A stretch of DNA of 64,000 nt, taken from assembly GCA_002840365.1 (NCBI GenBank), contig PHAO01000001.1:85101-149100 (forward strand), read 5' to 3'. Below the pieces are notes generated by a model. That model searched no databases. It saw only the letters and a program-made list of their open reading frames with translations, and was not told the origin of the DNA. Shown here one piece after another: positions 40,980 to 50,607 of this stretch. The translations under genes and the position numbers were made by a program. How positions within the stretch are numbered: the stretch's first letter is position 1; every line of letters starts with the position of its first letter. The stretch comes from Candidatus Dojkabacteria bacterium HGW-Dojkabacteria-1 (GTDB taxonomy: Bacteria; Patescibacteriota; Dojkabacteria; SC72).

Positions 40980-41774
40980 TTAATACCTTTCTGCTACTAC
41001 AACTAATCTTTTTGTTCCTACTCCCAGTGGCCAGCAGGTCATCATTGTTAAGGTTTCTTTGTCCCCTTGGGTTTTTAAGATAGAGAAATCATCAGCAGAG
41101 ACTATTTTTTTGTTTCTAACAACATACTGAATTTCCTCTGTACCTTTCTTTACTCTTACGTTGTCTCCAATATCAACACTTTCTAATCTTGTGAAGATAG
41201 TTTCTGGAAGGTTTGAATGCCTATTAAAGAAACTCAAAACTGCACTATGTCCATATACAAAGGAATTTCCGCCATCTCCAGGAAGAGGGGTTCCTTTGAA
41301 ATGTGCTAAGCCATATTTCAGATATTGGTTATATATCTTCTCATCAGAGCTTTCTACATTAGGAGTTATCCTTATCCCTTGTATATCTACAGAATCAATA
41401 TCCATGTACATATTCTCACGATATTCTTTGTTGACAATAATGGGTTTGTTAGATTTGGTTCTAGGATCATATGTAAATACTCCTTGATATTGTAAATTTT
41501 CTGCAGAACTAAACAGATTCTCAAAATAGCTTTTACCTGGATCATAGTATGCAAATTCATCTGCAATATACTGCTTGTACGATTCGGGAAAGGGATCTTT
41601 CATAAGTCTTTGTTTTAATTCTTCAAATTCACCTTGGATATATGATTTACTAAGAGGGAAGACTTGGCTAGTAATTACAATGATTCCAAAAATTGCTAAT
41701 ACCCATGCTAATGTTTGTTTTATTCTCTTTATCTTTCTCTCATCTTGAACGGAGATTTTCATATTGTTATCCAT
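40980..41774 (-). CDS. Sortase
   Basis: GN.FVYGHS His, LTMMTCWP Cys, KRLVV Arg triad; N-terminal TM. Confidence 0.92.
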   Translation of the reverse strand: MDNNMKISVQDERKIKRIKQTLAWVLAIFGIIVITSQVFPLSKSYIQGEFEELKQRLMKDPFPESYKQYIADEFAYYDPGKSYFENLFSSAENLQYQGVFTYDPRTKSNKPIIVNKEYRENMYMDIDSVDIQGIRITPNVESSDEKIYNQYLKYGLAHFKGTPLPGDGGNSFVYGHSAVLSFFNRHSNLPETIFTRLESVDIGDNVRVKKGTEEIQYVVRNKKIVSADDFSILKTQGDKETLTMMTCWPLGVGTKRLVVVAERY

Positions 41775-41812
41775 ATCAATATACTATCAATTAAATATTT
41801 TCATGTCATTTC

Positions 41813-41842
41813 TTGGCACTCCGGCGGAATGTTTGCTAGAAT
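41813..41842 (+). promoter_or_regulatory. CIRCE-like operator overlapping the dnaJ promoter
   Basis: TTGGCACTC-N9-GTTTGCTAG (41813-41839); TGcTAGAAT extended -10 ends 7 nt before the ATG. Confidence 0.72.
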
Positions 41843-41849
41843 TGTACCT

Positions 41850-42938
41850 ATGAGTAAAAGAGATTACTATGAAATTCTTGGAATTTCAAAAGATGCAAAA
41901 AAGGAAGAGATAAAGAAGGCATATCGTAAGCTTGTTAAAAAACATCACCCTGATGTAAACAAAGAACAAGGAGCTGATGAAAAATTTAAAGAAATACAAG
42001 AAGCATACGAAGTTCTTTCTGATGAATCAAAAAGAAAGGCATATGACCAGTATGGACATGCTGGTACTGAAGGATTTAATCCTGGAAGTGGTTTTAATGG
42101 ATACAGTACATATGGTGGTGCTCCATTTGATATGGGAGATATTTTTAACTCTTTCTTCGGTGGAGACATGGGTGGATTTGGATTTGATTTTGGACAGAGG
42201 CAATCTTCAAGAGCTAACTTAGGGGAGGATTTAAGATATAGGATAAAGATGTCTTTCATGGAAGCTATGAAGGGTGGAGAATATGAGGTAAAGATTAAGA
42301 GAAATGTTAGATGTGAGAAGTGTAAGGGCTCGGGGAGTGAAACAGGTGAGAGGAAGACATGCTCTGTATGTAATGGTTCTGGTAGAGAAAGAAGGGTACA
42401 AAACAGTTTCCTAGGTCAAATTGCAGTTATGACGAACTGTTCTAAATGTGGTGGTAGTGGAACAATCCCAGAAAAATTATGTTCAAAATGTGATGGTATT
42501 GGAGTAGAATCTTCTACAGAGAATGTAAAGATCAGGGTTCCTAAAGGGGCATATGATGGAATGATATTAAGGTTTAGAGAGGGAGGTAATGCTGGTGTAA
42601 GTGGTGGAACCTTTGGAGATTTGTATATTGAAATAGAGGTAGAACCATCTAATAGGTTTGATAGGAGAGGAAATGATTTGTATTCAATTGAGAGTATCCC
42701 AGTGCATACAGCAGTTTTAGGTGGTAATATTCAAGTTCAAACAATTGAGGGAGATGTTAAATTAAAGATTCCAAAAGGAACTCAGTCGGGTACGGTGTTT
42801 AGAATAAAGGGAGAGGGTGCTCCTGTACTTGGAAAGGAGAATTCTAAGGGTGATTTATACATTCGTATAGATGTTAAGATACCAGATAAGCTGAGTAGGA
42901 AAGAAAAGGAGCTTTGGGAGGAATTAAGTAATATGTAA
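41850..42938 (+). CDS. dnaJ: Chaperone DnaJ (start re-called at ATG 41850)
   Basis: DYYEILG, HPD, G/F-rich region, four CxxCxGxG repeats. Confidence 0.98.
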   Translation: MSKRDYYEILGISKDAKKEEIKKAYRKLVKKHHPDVNKEQGADEKFKEIQEAYEVLSDESKRKAYDQYGHAGTEGFNPGSGFNGYSTYGGAPFDMGDIFNSFFGGDMGGFGFDFGQRQSSRANLGEDLRYRIKMSFMEAMKGGEYEVKIKRNVRCEKCKGSGSETGERKTCSVCNGSGRERRVQNSFLGQIAVMTNCSKCGGSGTIPEKLCSKCDGIGVESSTENVKIRVPKGAYDGMILRFREGGNAGVSGGTFGDLYIEIEVEPSNRFDRRGNDLYSIESIPVHTAVLGGNIQVQTIEGDVKLKIPKGTQSGTVFRIKGEGAPVLGKENSKGDLYIRIDVKIPDKLSRKEKELWEELSNM

Positions 42939-42940
42939 GG

Positions 42941-42969
42941 TTTACAAACTTCAATTATTCTGATATTAT
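42941..42969 (+). promoter_or_regulatory. nusA promoter
   Basis: TTTACA, 17 nt, TATTAT with TG extension. Confidence 0.65.
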
Positions 42970-42990
42970 CAACATAGAAGTTATACAGAG

Positions 42991-43020
42991 AGGGTGGGGC
43001 GAAGGTCTCACCTTTTTTTT
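42991..43020 (+). terminator. Terminator-like hairpin in the nusA leader (may also end dnaJ)
   Basis: AGGGTGGGGC-GAAG-GTCTCACCTT stem with G-U pairs followed by a T run. Confidence 0.8.
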
Positions 43021-43052
43021 AGTAAATATTTTATTTGTTTTTCATTTTTAAA

Positions 43053-44198
43053 ATGGCAATGACTTCAGAATTAGTAGCAGCTATTAATCAAATTGCTGCA
43101 GAAAGAGGAATAGATAAAGAAGAGGTTTTTAAGGCCTTGGAATCTGCAATTTTAAGTGCAGTAAAGAAAGAAAAATATGGAAGGATAGATAAGGAGTATG
43201 TAGAAGAAGAAATAGATGAGAAATTAGGTGCAAACCTTTTCGCAGAAGTAGACAGGGAAACAGGAGAGTTTAAACTCTTTGCTTCAAAGACTGTTGTAAA
43301 GAAAGTAAAAGACGTTGAAACTGAAATTGCTTTAAGTGAAGCAGAATTAATTTCTCCAAATGTTGAGATTGGAGACTCTGTACAAATAGAGATGCCTTCT
43401 GATGATTTAGGTAGAATTGCAACTCAAACTGCAAAACAAGTATTACTACAAAAGATTAGAGAATCCGAAAAAGATGCTGTGATAAGTGAATTCAGTGATA
43501 AGGTTGGTGAGGTATATACTGCATTAATGCAGAGAATGCAAAAGGGTGTTGCTGTTATGGAAATAGGTAAAGCAACAGCATTTATGCCACAAGAGGAGCA
43601 AATATCAAATGAGTTTTACAGAGTAGGAGAAAGATACAAAGTTTTACTTAAAAGTATAGAAGATTCTCAAATTCTTGTATCCAGAGCTGATCCTAAATTT
43701 TTGATAGAACTTTTTAAATTAGAAGTACCAGAGATAGAATCTGGGGTTGTTGAAATAAAGGCAGTAGCAAGAGAAGCAGGCTCAAGAAGTAAGATAGCAG
43801 TTGTATCTCATCAAGAGGGAATAGACCCTATTGGTTCATGTGTTGGACAAAGAGGTATCCGTATTGCTAATGTTATGAATGAGTTAGGTGAGGAAAAGAT
43901 TGACATTATAGAATGGGATGAGGATTTAGAAAGATTTGTAGCAAATGCACTCAGTCCTGCAAAAGTAGATTCAGTAAAAATTTCCGGGGATACTGCAACT
44001 GTAGAATGTCCTTCCGACCAGCTCTCATTAGCTATTGGTAGAGATGGACAAAATGTAAGATTAGCTTGGAAATTAACAGAGATAAAGATTGATATTGTAG
44101 GTGTTGGAGGTGAAGAGGTTGAAAAAAAAGAGGATGCAGTAGAAGAATATGCAGAAAAAACAGAGGAAGAAGTTATTGAGCAAACTTCTAAAGAGTAA
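43053..44198 (+). CDS. nusA: Transcription factor NusA (likely start 43053)
   Basis: GRIATQTAKQV, EVPEI, AREAGSRSKIAV, CVGQRG, AIGRDGQNVRLA. Confidence 0.97.
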   Translation: MAMTSELVAAINQIAAERGIDKEEVFKALESAILSAVKKEKYGRIDKEYVEEEIDEKLGANLFAEVDRETGEFKLFASKTVVKKVKDVETEIALSEAELISPNVEIGDSVQIEMPSDDLGRIATQTAKQVLLQKIRESEKDAVISEFSDKVGEVYTALMQRMQKGVAVMEIGKATAFMPQEEQISNEFYRVGERYKVLLKSIEDSQILVSRADPKFLIELFKLEVPEIESGVVEIKAVAREAGSRSKIAVVSHQEGIDPIGSCVGQRGIRIANVMNELGEEKIDIIEWDEDLERFVANALSPAKVDSVKISGDTATVECPSDQLSLAIGRDGQNVRLAWKLTEIKIDIVGVGGEEVEKKEDAVEEYAEKTEEEVIEQTSKE

Positions 44199-44218
44199 TT
44201 AAATATTTATAAAAAAGC

Positions 44219-45775
44219 ATGACAAAAAAGATTGTAAACCAAAATACAAATGTAGGTAGAGTTCCAATTGTTACAATATTGGGTCATGTTGATCATGGAA
44301 AAACAACAATATTAGACTTTATTCGAAAGAGTAATGTACAAAGCTGTGAGGCAGGTGGTATCACTCAAAAAATTTCTGTTTTTACAATATCTTTAAGTAG
44401 TGATGAAACAAAGAAACTTACCTTTATTGATACTCCTGGTCATGAAGCTTTTGATTTAATGAGACTTCGAGGGGGAAGTATTGCTGATATAGTTATCTTA
44501 GTTGTTGCAGGAAATGATGGAGTAAAGCCACAAACTATTGAATCTATAGAGATAATTAAGAACTCAACTGCTAAACCTATTGTTGCTATCAACAAAACAG
44601 ATTTACCTGATGTAGATCTTGCAAAGATAAAAAGAGATTTAGTTAACAATGGTCTTCTTATTGAAGGTATGGGTGGAAATATTCCCGTAATCGAAGTCTC
44701 AGGTAAAACAGGAAAAGGTATACCTGAGCTTTTAGATATGATTTCTTTGGTTGTAGATGTAGAAGGGCTACAAGATAGAGGAGATTTACCAAAAGGAATT
44801 GCTGCTAAAGCCTTCGTTTTGGAATCAATAAAGGATAAATCAAGGGGAAATGTCTCTACATTAGTACTTACCTCTGGTGATTTATGTAAAGGTTCATGGC
44901 TTGGGTTTAAAACAGATGGAAAAGTAAGAATAGAAAAGGTTAAGGGAATAATCTCAGAAGAAGGAGAGAATGTATGTGACCTTTTCTGTGGTTGTGGTGG
45001 AAGGGTTATTGGTGTTTCTGAATTAATTCCAATAGGTAGTGAAGTATATATTTTAGAGAAGAGTGATGAAAAATTACTTTCTTCAATGTTTAAAGAAGAA
45101 ATTTCTGAGCAAGATACATCTCTTGCCGAGGATGACTTCTTTAGTGATCTATTTACTGAAGAGAAGAAAGATGGTGGAAAACATCTTAATGTAATACTTA
45201 AGAGTTCATCTAAGGGATCCTTAGAAGCTATAGAGAAATCACTCTCCAAATTAGTAAGAGAAGAGTATACTGTGAAGATAATTTCTTCGGGTGTAGGTGA
45301 TATCTCTTTGCAAGATGTGGAGATGGCTAAACTCTCTAAAGCTATACTTTTAGGTTTCGAGGTAGGTGTAGAGAGAGGAGTTGATGATATTGCAAGAAAG
45401 AATGGAGTATTAGTACGTAATTATTCAATTATTTACAAACTAATTGAAGAGGTAGATGAAGCATTGGATATGATTTCATCTCCTGATCAAGCTGAAGAAG
45501 AGATAGGGAATGCTTCGGTAAGAATGATAATTACACTAACAGATGGTTCTAAAGTATTAGGTTCTAGAGTAAAGGATGGAATTTTAAAGAGAGATTGTAA
45601 GTGTTACATTGTTAGAAATGATGAAATACTTGGTGAAAGTAGGATAAAATCCCTTAGAAAGAACAAAAACATTGTGTCCGAGGTAAAGCAGGGAGAAGAG
45701 TGTGGAGTGATGCTCAGTTCAGAAGTAGAAGTCACAGAAGGGGATGAATTGTATTGTTACAAGATTATTCGATAG
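44219..45775 (+). CDS. infB: Translation initiation factor IF-2, no N-terminal domain
   Basis: GHVDHGKT, GGITQ, DTPGH, NKTD, IIYKLI, GEECG. Confidence 0.93.
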   Translation: MTKKIVNQNTNVGRVPIVTILGHVDHGKTTILDFIRKSNVQSCEAGGITQKISVFTISLSSDETKKLTFIDTPGHEAFDLMRLRGGSIADIVILVVAGNDGVKPQTIESIEIIKNSTAKPIVAINKTDLPDVDLAKIKRDLVNNGLLIEGMGGNIPVIEVSGKTGKGIPELLDMISLVVDVEGLQDRGDLPKGIAAKAFVLESIKDKSRGNVSTLVLTSGDLCKGSWLGFKTDGKVRIEKVKGIISEEGENVCDLFCGCGGRVIGVSELIPIGSEVYILEKSDEKLLSSMFKEEISEQDTSLAEDDFFSDLFTEEKKDGGKHLNVILKSSSKGSLEAIEKSLSKLVREEYTVKIISSGVGDISLQDVEMAKLSKAILLGFEVGVERGVDDIARKNGVLVRNYSIIYKLIEEVDEALDMISSPDQAEEEIGNASVRMIITLTDGSKVLGSRVKDGILKRDCKCYIVRNDEILGESRIKSLRKNKNIVSEVKQGEECGVMLSSEVEVTEGDELYCYKIIR

Positions 45776-45783
45776 TCAAAAGT

Positions 45784-45812
45784 TTGACAATTAGCCTATA
45801 AGGATATAGAAT
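45784..45812 (+). promoter_or_regulatory. rpsO promoter
   Basis: TTGACA, 17 nt, TAGAAT. Confidence 0.8.
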
Positions 45813-45874
45813 AGGCTTTGTATTGTCTCTTTTTAGTATTGTAAAAATATTTATATGGTGTTAATCTAAAATAT

Positions 45875-46138
45875 ATGTCACTAAATAAAGAAGAAAAACA
45901 GAATATAATGAAGGAATTTGCCCTCCACGAGGGTGACACAGGTTCTCCTGAAGTTCAGGTTGCAATACTAACAGAAGAAATTTCTAGATTAAGTGAACAC
46001 TTAAAGGATCATAGAAAAGATAATCACTCCAGAAGAGGATTGCTTCAAAAGGTTGGTAAGCGTAGAAGATTAATTCAATATCTTCAAACTAACGAACCAG
46101 AAAGGTACGAGATATTTTCAAAGAAAATAAAGATTTAA
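45875..46138 (+). CDS. rpsO: 30S ribosomal protein S15
   Basis: [25 protein letters not shown]. Confidence 0.98.
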   Translation: MSLNKEEKQNIMKEFALHEGDTGSPEVQVAILTEEISRLSEHLKDHRKDNHSRRGLLQKVGKRRRLIQYLQTNEPERYEIFSKKIKI

Positions 46139-46143
46139 TTGAT

Positions 46144-46170
46144 AGGCTTTTGTATAGAGCCTTTCTTTTT
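46144..46170 (+). terminator. Intrinsic terminator after rpsO
   Basis: AGGCTTT-TGTAT-AGAGCCT hairpin followed by TTCTTTTT. Confidence 0.7.
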
Positions 46171-46247
46171 CCTCTCTCTCTTGATATAACTTCTAAGAAT
46201 TAAAAGGTGAAAAACCTTGTATTTTGATAATTTTAAAATTTTTATTT

Positions 46248-48371
46248 ATGCTTTTTAATCATAAAAAACACGAGTTTGAGATAGGAGGAAGAAAGTGTTC
46301 CTTTGAAACAGGAAAATTAGCACTTAGATCCGAATCTGCAATATTAGCAAGAATGGGTGATACTGTTGTAGAAGTTAATGTTAACACAGCACCCGCGAAG
46401 GGAGAATTAGATTACTTTCCTCTTTCAGTTGAATATATTGAGAGATTCTATGCATCAGGAAAGATTAGTGGTTCAAGATTTGTAAAAATAGAAAGATTTC
46501 CAAGTGATGATGCTGTTCTTAAGGCAAGGATGATAGATAGGGCTATACGTTCTAGATTTCCTGAAGATTACAGAAATGAAGTAAGTCTTGTTGTAACAGT
46601 AATGTCATACGATGAAGAAAACGATCCTGTACTTTTAGCGATAAATGCTGCTTCTGTAGCATTACTTAACTCAAGTGCACCATTTGATGGACCTGTTGCT
46701 GGAGTAAGGATGGGAATAGTTGATGGGAAAATACAACCTCTTTACAAGAGTTTAGAAGATGTAGATGAAGAGAATCAAATGAACTATGTATTAGGTGGGG
46801 ATGGAAAGGTATTTACCATGATTGATGCAGGCTGTTATGAAATCCCTGAAGAAAAGGTTTTAGAAGCTATGGAATCAAGTCTTTCTGAAATGAAAGTATG
46901 GGTGGAGAATCAAAGTAAGTTTGTAGATATGCTTGAGAAGAAAGAGAAAGAGTATACTCCTTTTGTAATAGATGAGACTCTCTTAAATGATCTTTCGGAT
47001 TTTCTTGGTGAGAAGGTATTAGAAAATCTCTTAGCAGCAGATAAAGCAAAGCATGAAAGCACAAAAGAAGAGGCTAACAAACACTTTGAAGGAAAACACT
47101 CAAAGGCGAACATAGCAGAAGCATATGACAAACTACAAAAGAAAGCTTTGAGAAAATATGTAAAAGAAAACAAAAAGAGAGTAGATGGAAGAGATTTGGA
47201 TGAAATAAGGGAGATGGCAGCAGAAGTAGATTTACTTCCTAGGGTACATGGATCTGGACTTTTCACAAGAGGAGTAACACAGGTTCTTTCAATTGCAACA
47301 CTGGGTAGTCTTAAGGATGCAAAGTTGGTAGATGATATGCTTGGAGAGAAAGAAAAGAGATATATGCACTACTACAATGATTTACCATTTGCATACGGTG
47401 AAGCAGAAAGAGTAAGACTTAATCCAAGTAGAAGAGCAGTAGGTCATGGAATGTTAGCAGAAAAAGCGTTGATACCTGTAATTCCTTCTGAATCAGAATT
47501 CCCTTATACAATTTTAGTAATGTCTGAGATTCAAGGAGAAAACGGTTCTAGCTCTATGGCATCGGCATGTGGATCGTCTCTTGCACTAATGGCAGCGGGT
47601 GTTCCAATCAAAAAGATTGTTGGTGGAATAGCATGTGGCTTAGTAACAGATGAAGATGGCTCTTTCCATGTATTAACTGATATGCAAGGAGTAGAAGATT
47701 TCTATGGAGATATGGACTTCAAGGTAACTGGTACAAGAGATGGAATTACTGCAGTACAAATGGATAACAAAATGTCAGGAATAACAATGGAAATTGTTAA
47801 AGAAACATTCGCAAAATCTAAGGTAGCAAGAGAGAAAGTTATCTCTGTAATAGAGGAAGCTATACCATCAGCAAGAGGTGAAATCTCTGAATATGCTCCT
47901 AAGGTTGCAGTGGAAAAGATTCCTGTAGACAAAATTGGTGAATTAATAGGACCAGGAGGAAAAAATATTAGAGAACTTACAGAAAGAACTGGAGCAGAGA
48001 TATCCGTAGAAGAGGATGGAACTGTAAATATATATTCTTCAGATAAAGAATCTATTGAGAGTGCAGTTAAATATATTAAGGGATTGAGCTTTGTTCCTGT
48101 TGTAGGTGAATCATATGAAGGTAAAGTAGTATCCATTATGGAATATGGTGCATTCGTAGATATTGCTCCTGGAGTATCTGGATTGGTACATGTATCTGAA
48201 ATAACAGATGAGTTTGTAAAAGATGTAAACCAGTTCCTTAAGGTAGGTGATGTTGTAAAGATAAAGATTTTGGAGAAAGATAAAATGGGGAGATTGAAAT
48301 TCAGTATTAAACAAGCAAAAGGTGATACTGAAGCAATCGCAACTGGACAAAGATTAGTAGATCCTGATTAA
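46248..48371 (+). CDS. pnp: Polyribonucleotide nucleotidyltransferase (likely start 46248)
   Basis: FPLSVEY, FTRG.TQ, NGSSSMAS, GDMDFKV; KH and S1 domains. Confidence 0.97.
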   Translation: MLFNHKKHEFEIGGRKCSFETGKLALRSESAILARMGDTVVEVNVNTAPAKGELDYFPLSVEYIERFYASGKISGSRFVKIERFPSDDAVLKARMIDRAIRSRFPEDYRNEVSLVVTVMSYDEENDPVLLAINAASVALLNSSAPFDGPVAGVRMGIVDGKIQPLYKSLEDVDEENQMNYVLGGDGKVFTMIDAGCYEIPEEKVLEAMESSLSEMKVWVENQSKFVDMLEKKEKEYTPFVIDETLLNDLSDFLGEKVLENLLAADKAKHESTKEEANKHFEGKHSKANIAEAYDKLQKKALRKYVKENKKRVDGRDLDEIREMAAEVDLLPRVHGSGLFTRGVTQVLSIATLGSLKDAKLVDDMLGEKEKRYMHYYNDLPFAYGEAERVRLNPSRRAVGHGMLAEKALIPVIPSESEFPYTILVMSEIQGENGSSSMASACGSSLALMAAGVPIKKIVGGIACGLVTDEDGSFHVLTDMQGVEDFYGDMDFKVTGTRDGITAVQMDNKMSGITMEIVKETFAKSKVAREKVISVIEEAIPSARGEISEYAPKVAVEKIPVDKIGELIGPGGKNIRELTERTGAEISVEEDGTVNIYSSDKESIESAVKYIKGLSFVPVVGESYEGKVVSIMEYGAFVDIAPGVSGLVHVSEITDEFVKDVNQFLKVGDVVKIKILEKDKMGRLKFSIKQAKGDTEAIATGQRLVDPD

Positions 48372-48385
48372 GGATTACTCCTTAA
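48368..48385. terminator. Perfect inverted repeat spanning the convergent pnp and rsmF-like stop codons
   Basis: TTAAGGA-TTAC-TCCTTAA; no clear U tract. Confidence 0.35.
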
Positions 48386-49403
48386 CAATCTTAGCAATAT
48401 AAAAGCCCATCATCTCTGGAGATGGAAGTATACGTATACTCTTTCTAACTGAAGGGTCATATGTATTTCCACTCCAGTGTGTTATGCCAGGTAATACTAG
48501 ATGTTTAAACTTTTTGAATCCTTCACTATTTACTAATTCGATATCAGCAACTCTTGCATTCTTGTGTTTATCAAGTAGATGAGTAACAACTCCCTCATTC
48601 TCTTCTGGTTCTAATGTACAAGTTGAGTAAACTAGAGTACCTCCAGTTTTCAATGTTTTAAATGCTGAATCGATTAATTCTTTCTGCAAAGTACTTGAAC
48701 CTTTTACCTTCTTTATACTCCAGAATCTCAAGGGTTTCATTCCTCTCATGTAAATCATCCCTTCACCACTACATGGAGCATCCAATAGCACCCTATCAAA
48801 GTAATCTGGATATTTCTTACCAAATTCTCTGCCATCACTAAGGGTTACTTTTACACTACTTGCACCGAATTGCTCTATTACATTTCTTAAAGAATTTGTT
48901 CTATTAATCTCTAATTCATTTGCAAGAATGTTGCCTCTATTCTTTACAATGTCTGCAATATGAGTAGTCTTACTACCAGGGGCAGCACACATATCCAATA
49001 TACTTTCATTAGGTTTTGGGTCTAAGACCAGAGTATCCAAAATACTAGAGAGGTTTTGGATATAAAAGAAACCCTCCCTATATTCATCTGTTTGAGAAAC
49101 TTCTGCCTTATCTTTATTGTTTACAAAATATGTATTAGGAGCCCAAGCTATTTCTTCTAATTCATAACCTTTTTTCTTAAGACTTTGATATGTCTTATCT
49201 ACACTTCCCTTTAAAGAATTCAATCTTATTGTAGTCCTTGTTCTTTGGCTGAATAGTGGTGTAACCTCTTTTTTAGGAATTCGCAAAATACTTGCAATCC
49301 TAGAAATAAAAATATCATCTTTAGTATAGAACTTTTCGGCATTATTCTCCTTAAAAGGAGCTCTCTTTCTCTTAAAGTTACTTCTTAATTTCTTACCTCT
49401 CAT
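48375..49403 (-). CDS. RsmB/NOP2-family RNA m5C methyltransferase (RsmF-like)
   Basis: DMCAAPGSKT, DAPCSGEG, YSTCT..PEENE. Confidence 0.92.
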   Translation of the reverse strand: MRGKKLRSNFKRKRAPFKENNAEKFYTKDDIFISRIASILRIPKKEVTPLFSQRTRTTIRLNSLKGSVDKTYQSLKKKGYELEEIAWAPNTYFVNNKDKAEVSQTDEYREGFFYIQNLSSILDTLVLDPKPNESILDMCAAPGSKTTHIADIVKNRGNILANELEINRTNSLRNVIEQFGASSVKVTLSDGREFGKKYPDYFDRVLLDAPCSGEGMIYMRGMKPLRFWSIKKVKGSSTLQKELIDSAFKTLKTGGTLVYSTCTLEPEENEGVVTHLLDKHKNARVADIELVNSEGFKKFKHLVLPGITHWSGNTYDPSVRKSIRILPSPEMMGFYIAKIVKE

Positions 49404-50131
49404 TATATTTCTCCCCTTAAATATTTAAGTATAGTTCCAATAACTAAACCAGAAGTTTCTGTCCTTAATATATTCCCTTCTAGCTTAACAAATCTAAATC
49501 CTAAATTCTTTAAAATTTGAATATCTTTTTCTCCCCAACCTTTCTCTGGACCAATTGCAATTACAAAGGGCTTTTTAATATCTATATTCCCTAGATATTC
49601 CTTAAGATTGATTGTATCTACATTTTCCGTAGCTAAACATACCTTGTTTGTGTTCTTCTCTAATTGAAGATCTAATAACCTGATTGGTTTTTCAATAATG
49701 GTTTCTCTTTGTGTTCTAGATTGTTCCTTCGCATCCTTTACTATCTTCCTCCAAAGTCCATAATCTTTAAGAGCCTTATTCTTTGTTCTTAAAGAGTATT
49801 TACTCTCAACAGGTATTATCCTATCTATCCCTATCTCAACACTTTTTTCTACAAAGTAGTTAAATTTTGATTCGTTACTTAAAGATTGAACAATCGTTAT
49901 ACCAATATTCTCTATCCTCTCCTTTTCTCTTACTTTTTCCTTAATTTCAATCTCTACAGAGTTTTTCTGTATGTCTGTAACAATAGCATGGAAAATAGAT
50001 TCATAGTTTTCAATCTCCAATATATCTTCAATTTTAATCTTTAGGGAATTTATTGCAAAAACACTATCTTTATCTGATAGGTGAGTGATGTCTCCCTCTG
50101 TTAATTTGTGACTTACGAAAAATTTGTACAT
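49403..50131 (-). CDS. rsmE: 16S rRNA m3U1498 methyltransferase (likely start 50131)
   Basis: EKSVEIG, AKEQSR, IGPEKGW, ILRTET. Confidence 0.9.
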   Translation of the reverse strand: MYKFFVSHKLTEGDITHLSDKDSVFAINSLKIKIEDILEIENYESIFHAIVTDIQKNSVEIEIKEKVREKERIENIGITIVQSLSNESKFNYFVEKSVEIGIDRIIPVESKYSLRTKNKALKDYGLWRKIVKDAKEQSRTQRETIIEKPIRLLDLQLEKNTNKVCLATENVDTINLKEYLGNIDIKKPFVIAIGPEKGWGEKDIQILKNLGFRFVKLEGNILRTETSGLVIGTILKYLRGEI

Positions 50132-50245
50132 AATTCGCAATTATACCACTTAAAATATTAAAAAGTTCCCTTTTACTATATAAACTTGACATATTATCTA
50201 AAAAATAATTAGATGTAAGTATATAAAGTTTGAAGATATGTATAT

Positions 50246-50566
50246 ATGGAAACGATTCCACCAATATATTGGATGGTGATAATAGGGGTATTAGTTGGAT
50301 TCATATGTTTTGTTTTGTACCAAGTAGCAATGCTTCTTAAAGAATCTAAGCATGCGGTTACAGATTCAAGAAAAATACTTCAAGAAGCTGTTAAGACTGT
50401 TGATATGGCAAATGCCCTATTAGCTGATGCAACAGAGATTGTAAGTACAGCCAAAAGTACTGTGAATGAAGTAAATAACGCGATAATAGGCCCTATTAGA
50501 AGAATATCTTCTCTTCTTTCTGTAGTATCTGGTTTTGCTGAGGGGTTAACCTCTAAAAGAAAGTAA
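50246..50566 (+). CDS. Small TM plus coiled-coil protein (DUF948-like)
   Basis: N-terminal TM then a long amphipathic helical stretch. Confidence 0.6.
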   Translation: METIPPIYWMVIIGVLVGFICFVLYQVAMLLKESKHAVTDSRKILQEAVKTVDMANALLADATEIVSTAKSTVNEVNNAIIGPIRRISSLLSVVSGFAEGLTSKRK

Positions 50567-50607
50567 AAATCGTTGCCATGGAGTCTTTCTCTTTGTATTA
50601 TGAATAG

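Noticed and set aside
41715-41849. N-terminal extension of DnaJ in the ORF track (similarly glyA, nusA, pnp, rsmE, pcrA)
   Set aside because: Extensions overlap promoters or neighbouring genes; homology begins at the downstream start codons
46203-46220. Small AAGGT-GAAAA-ACCTT hairpin in the pnp leader as an RNase III autoregulatory site
   Set aside because: Stem too short to support the claim from sequence alone
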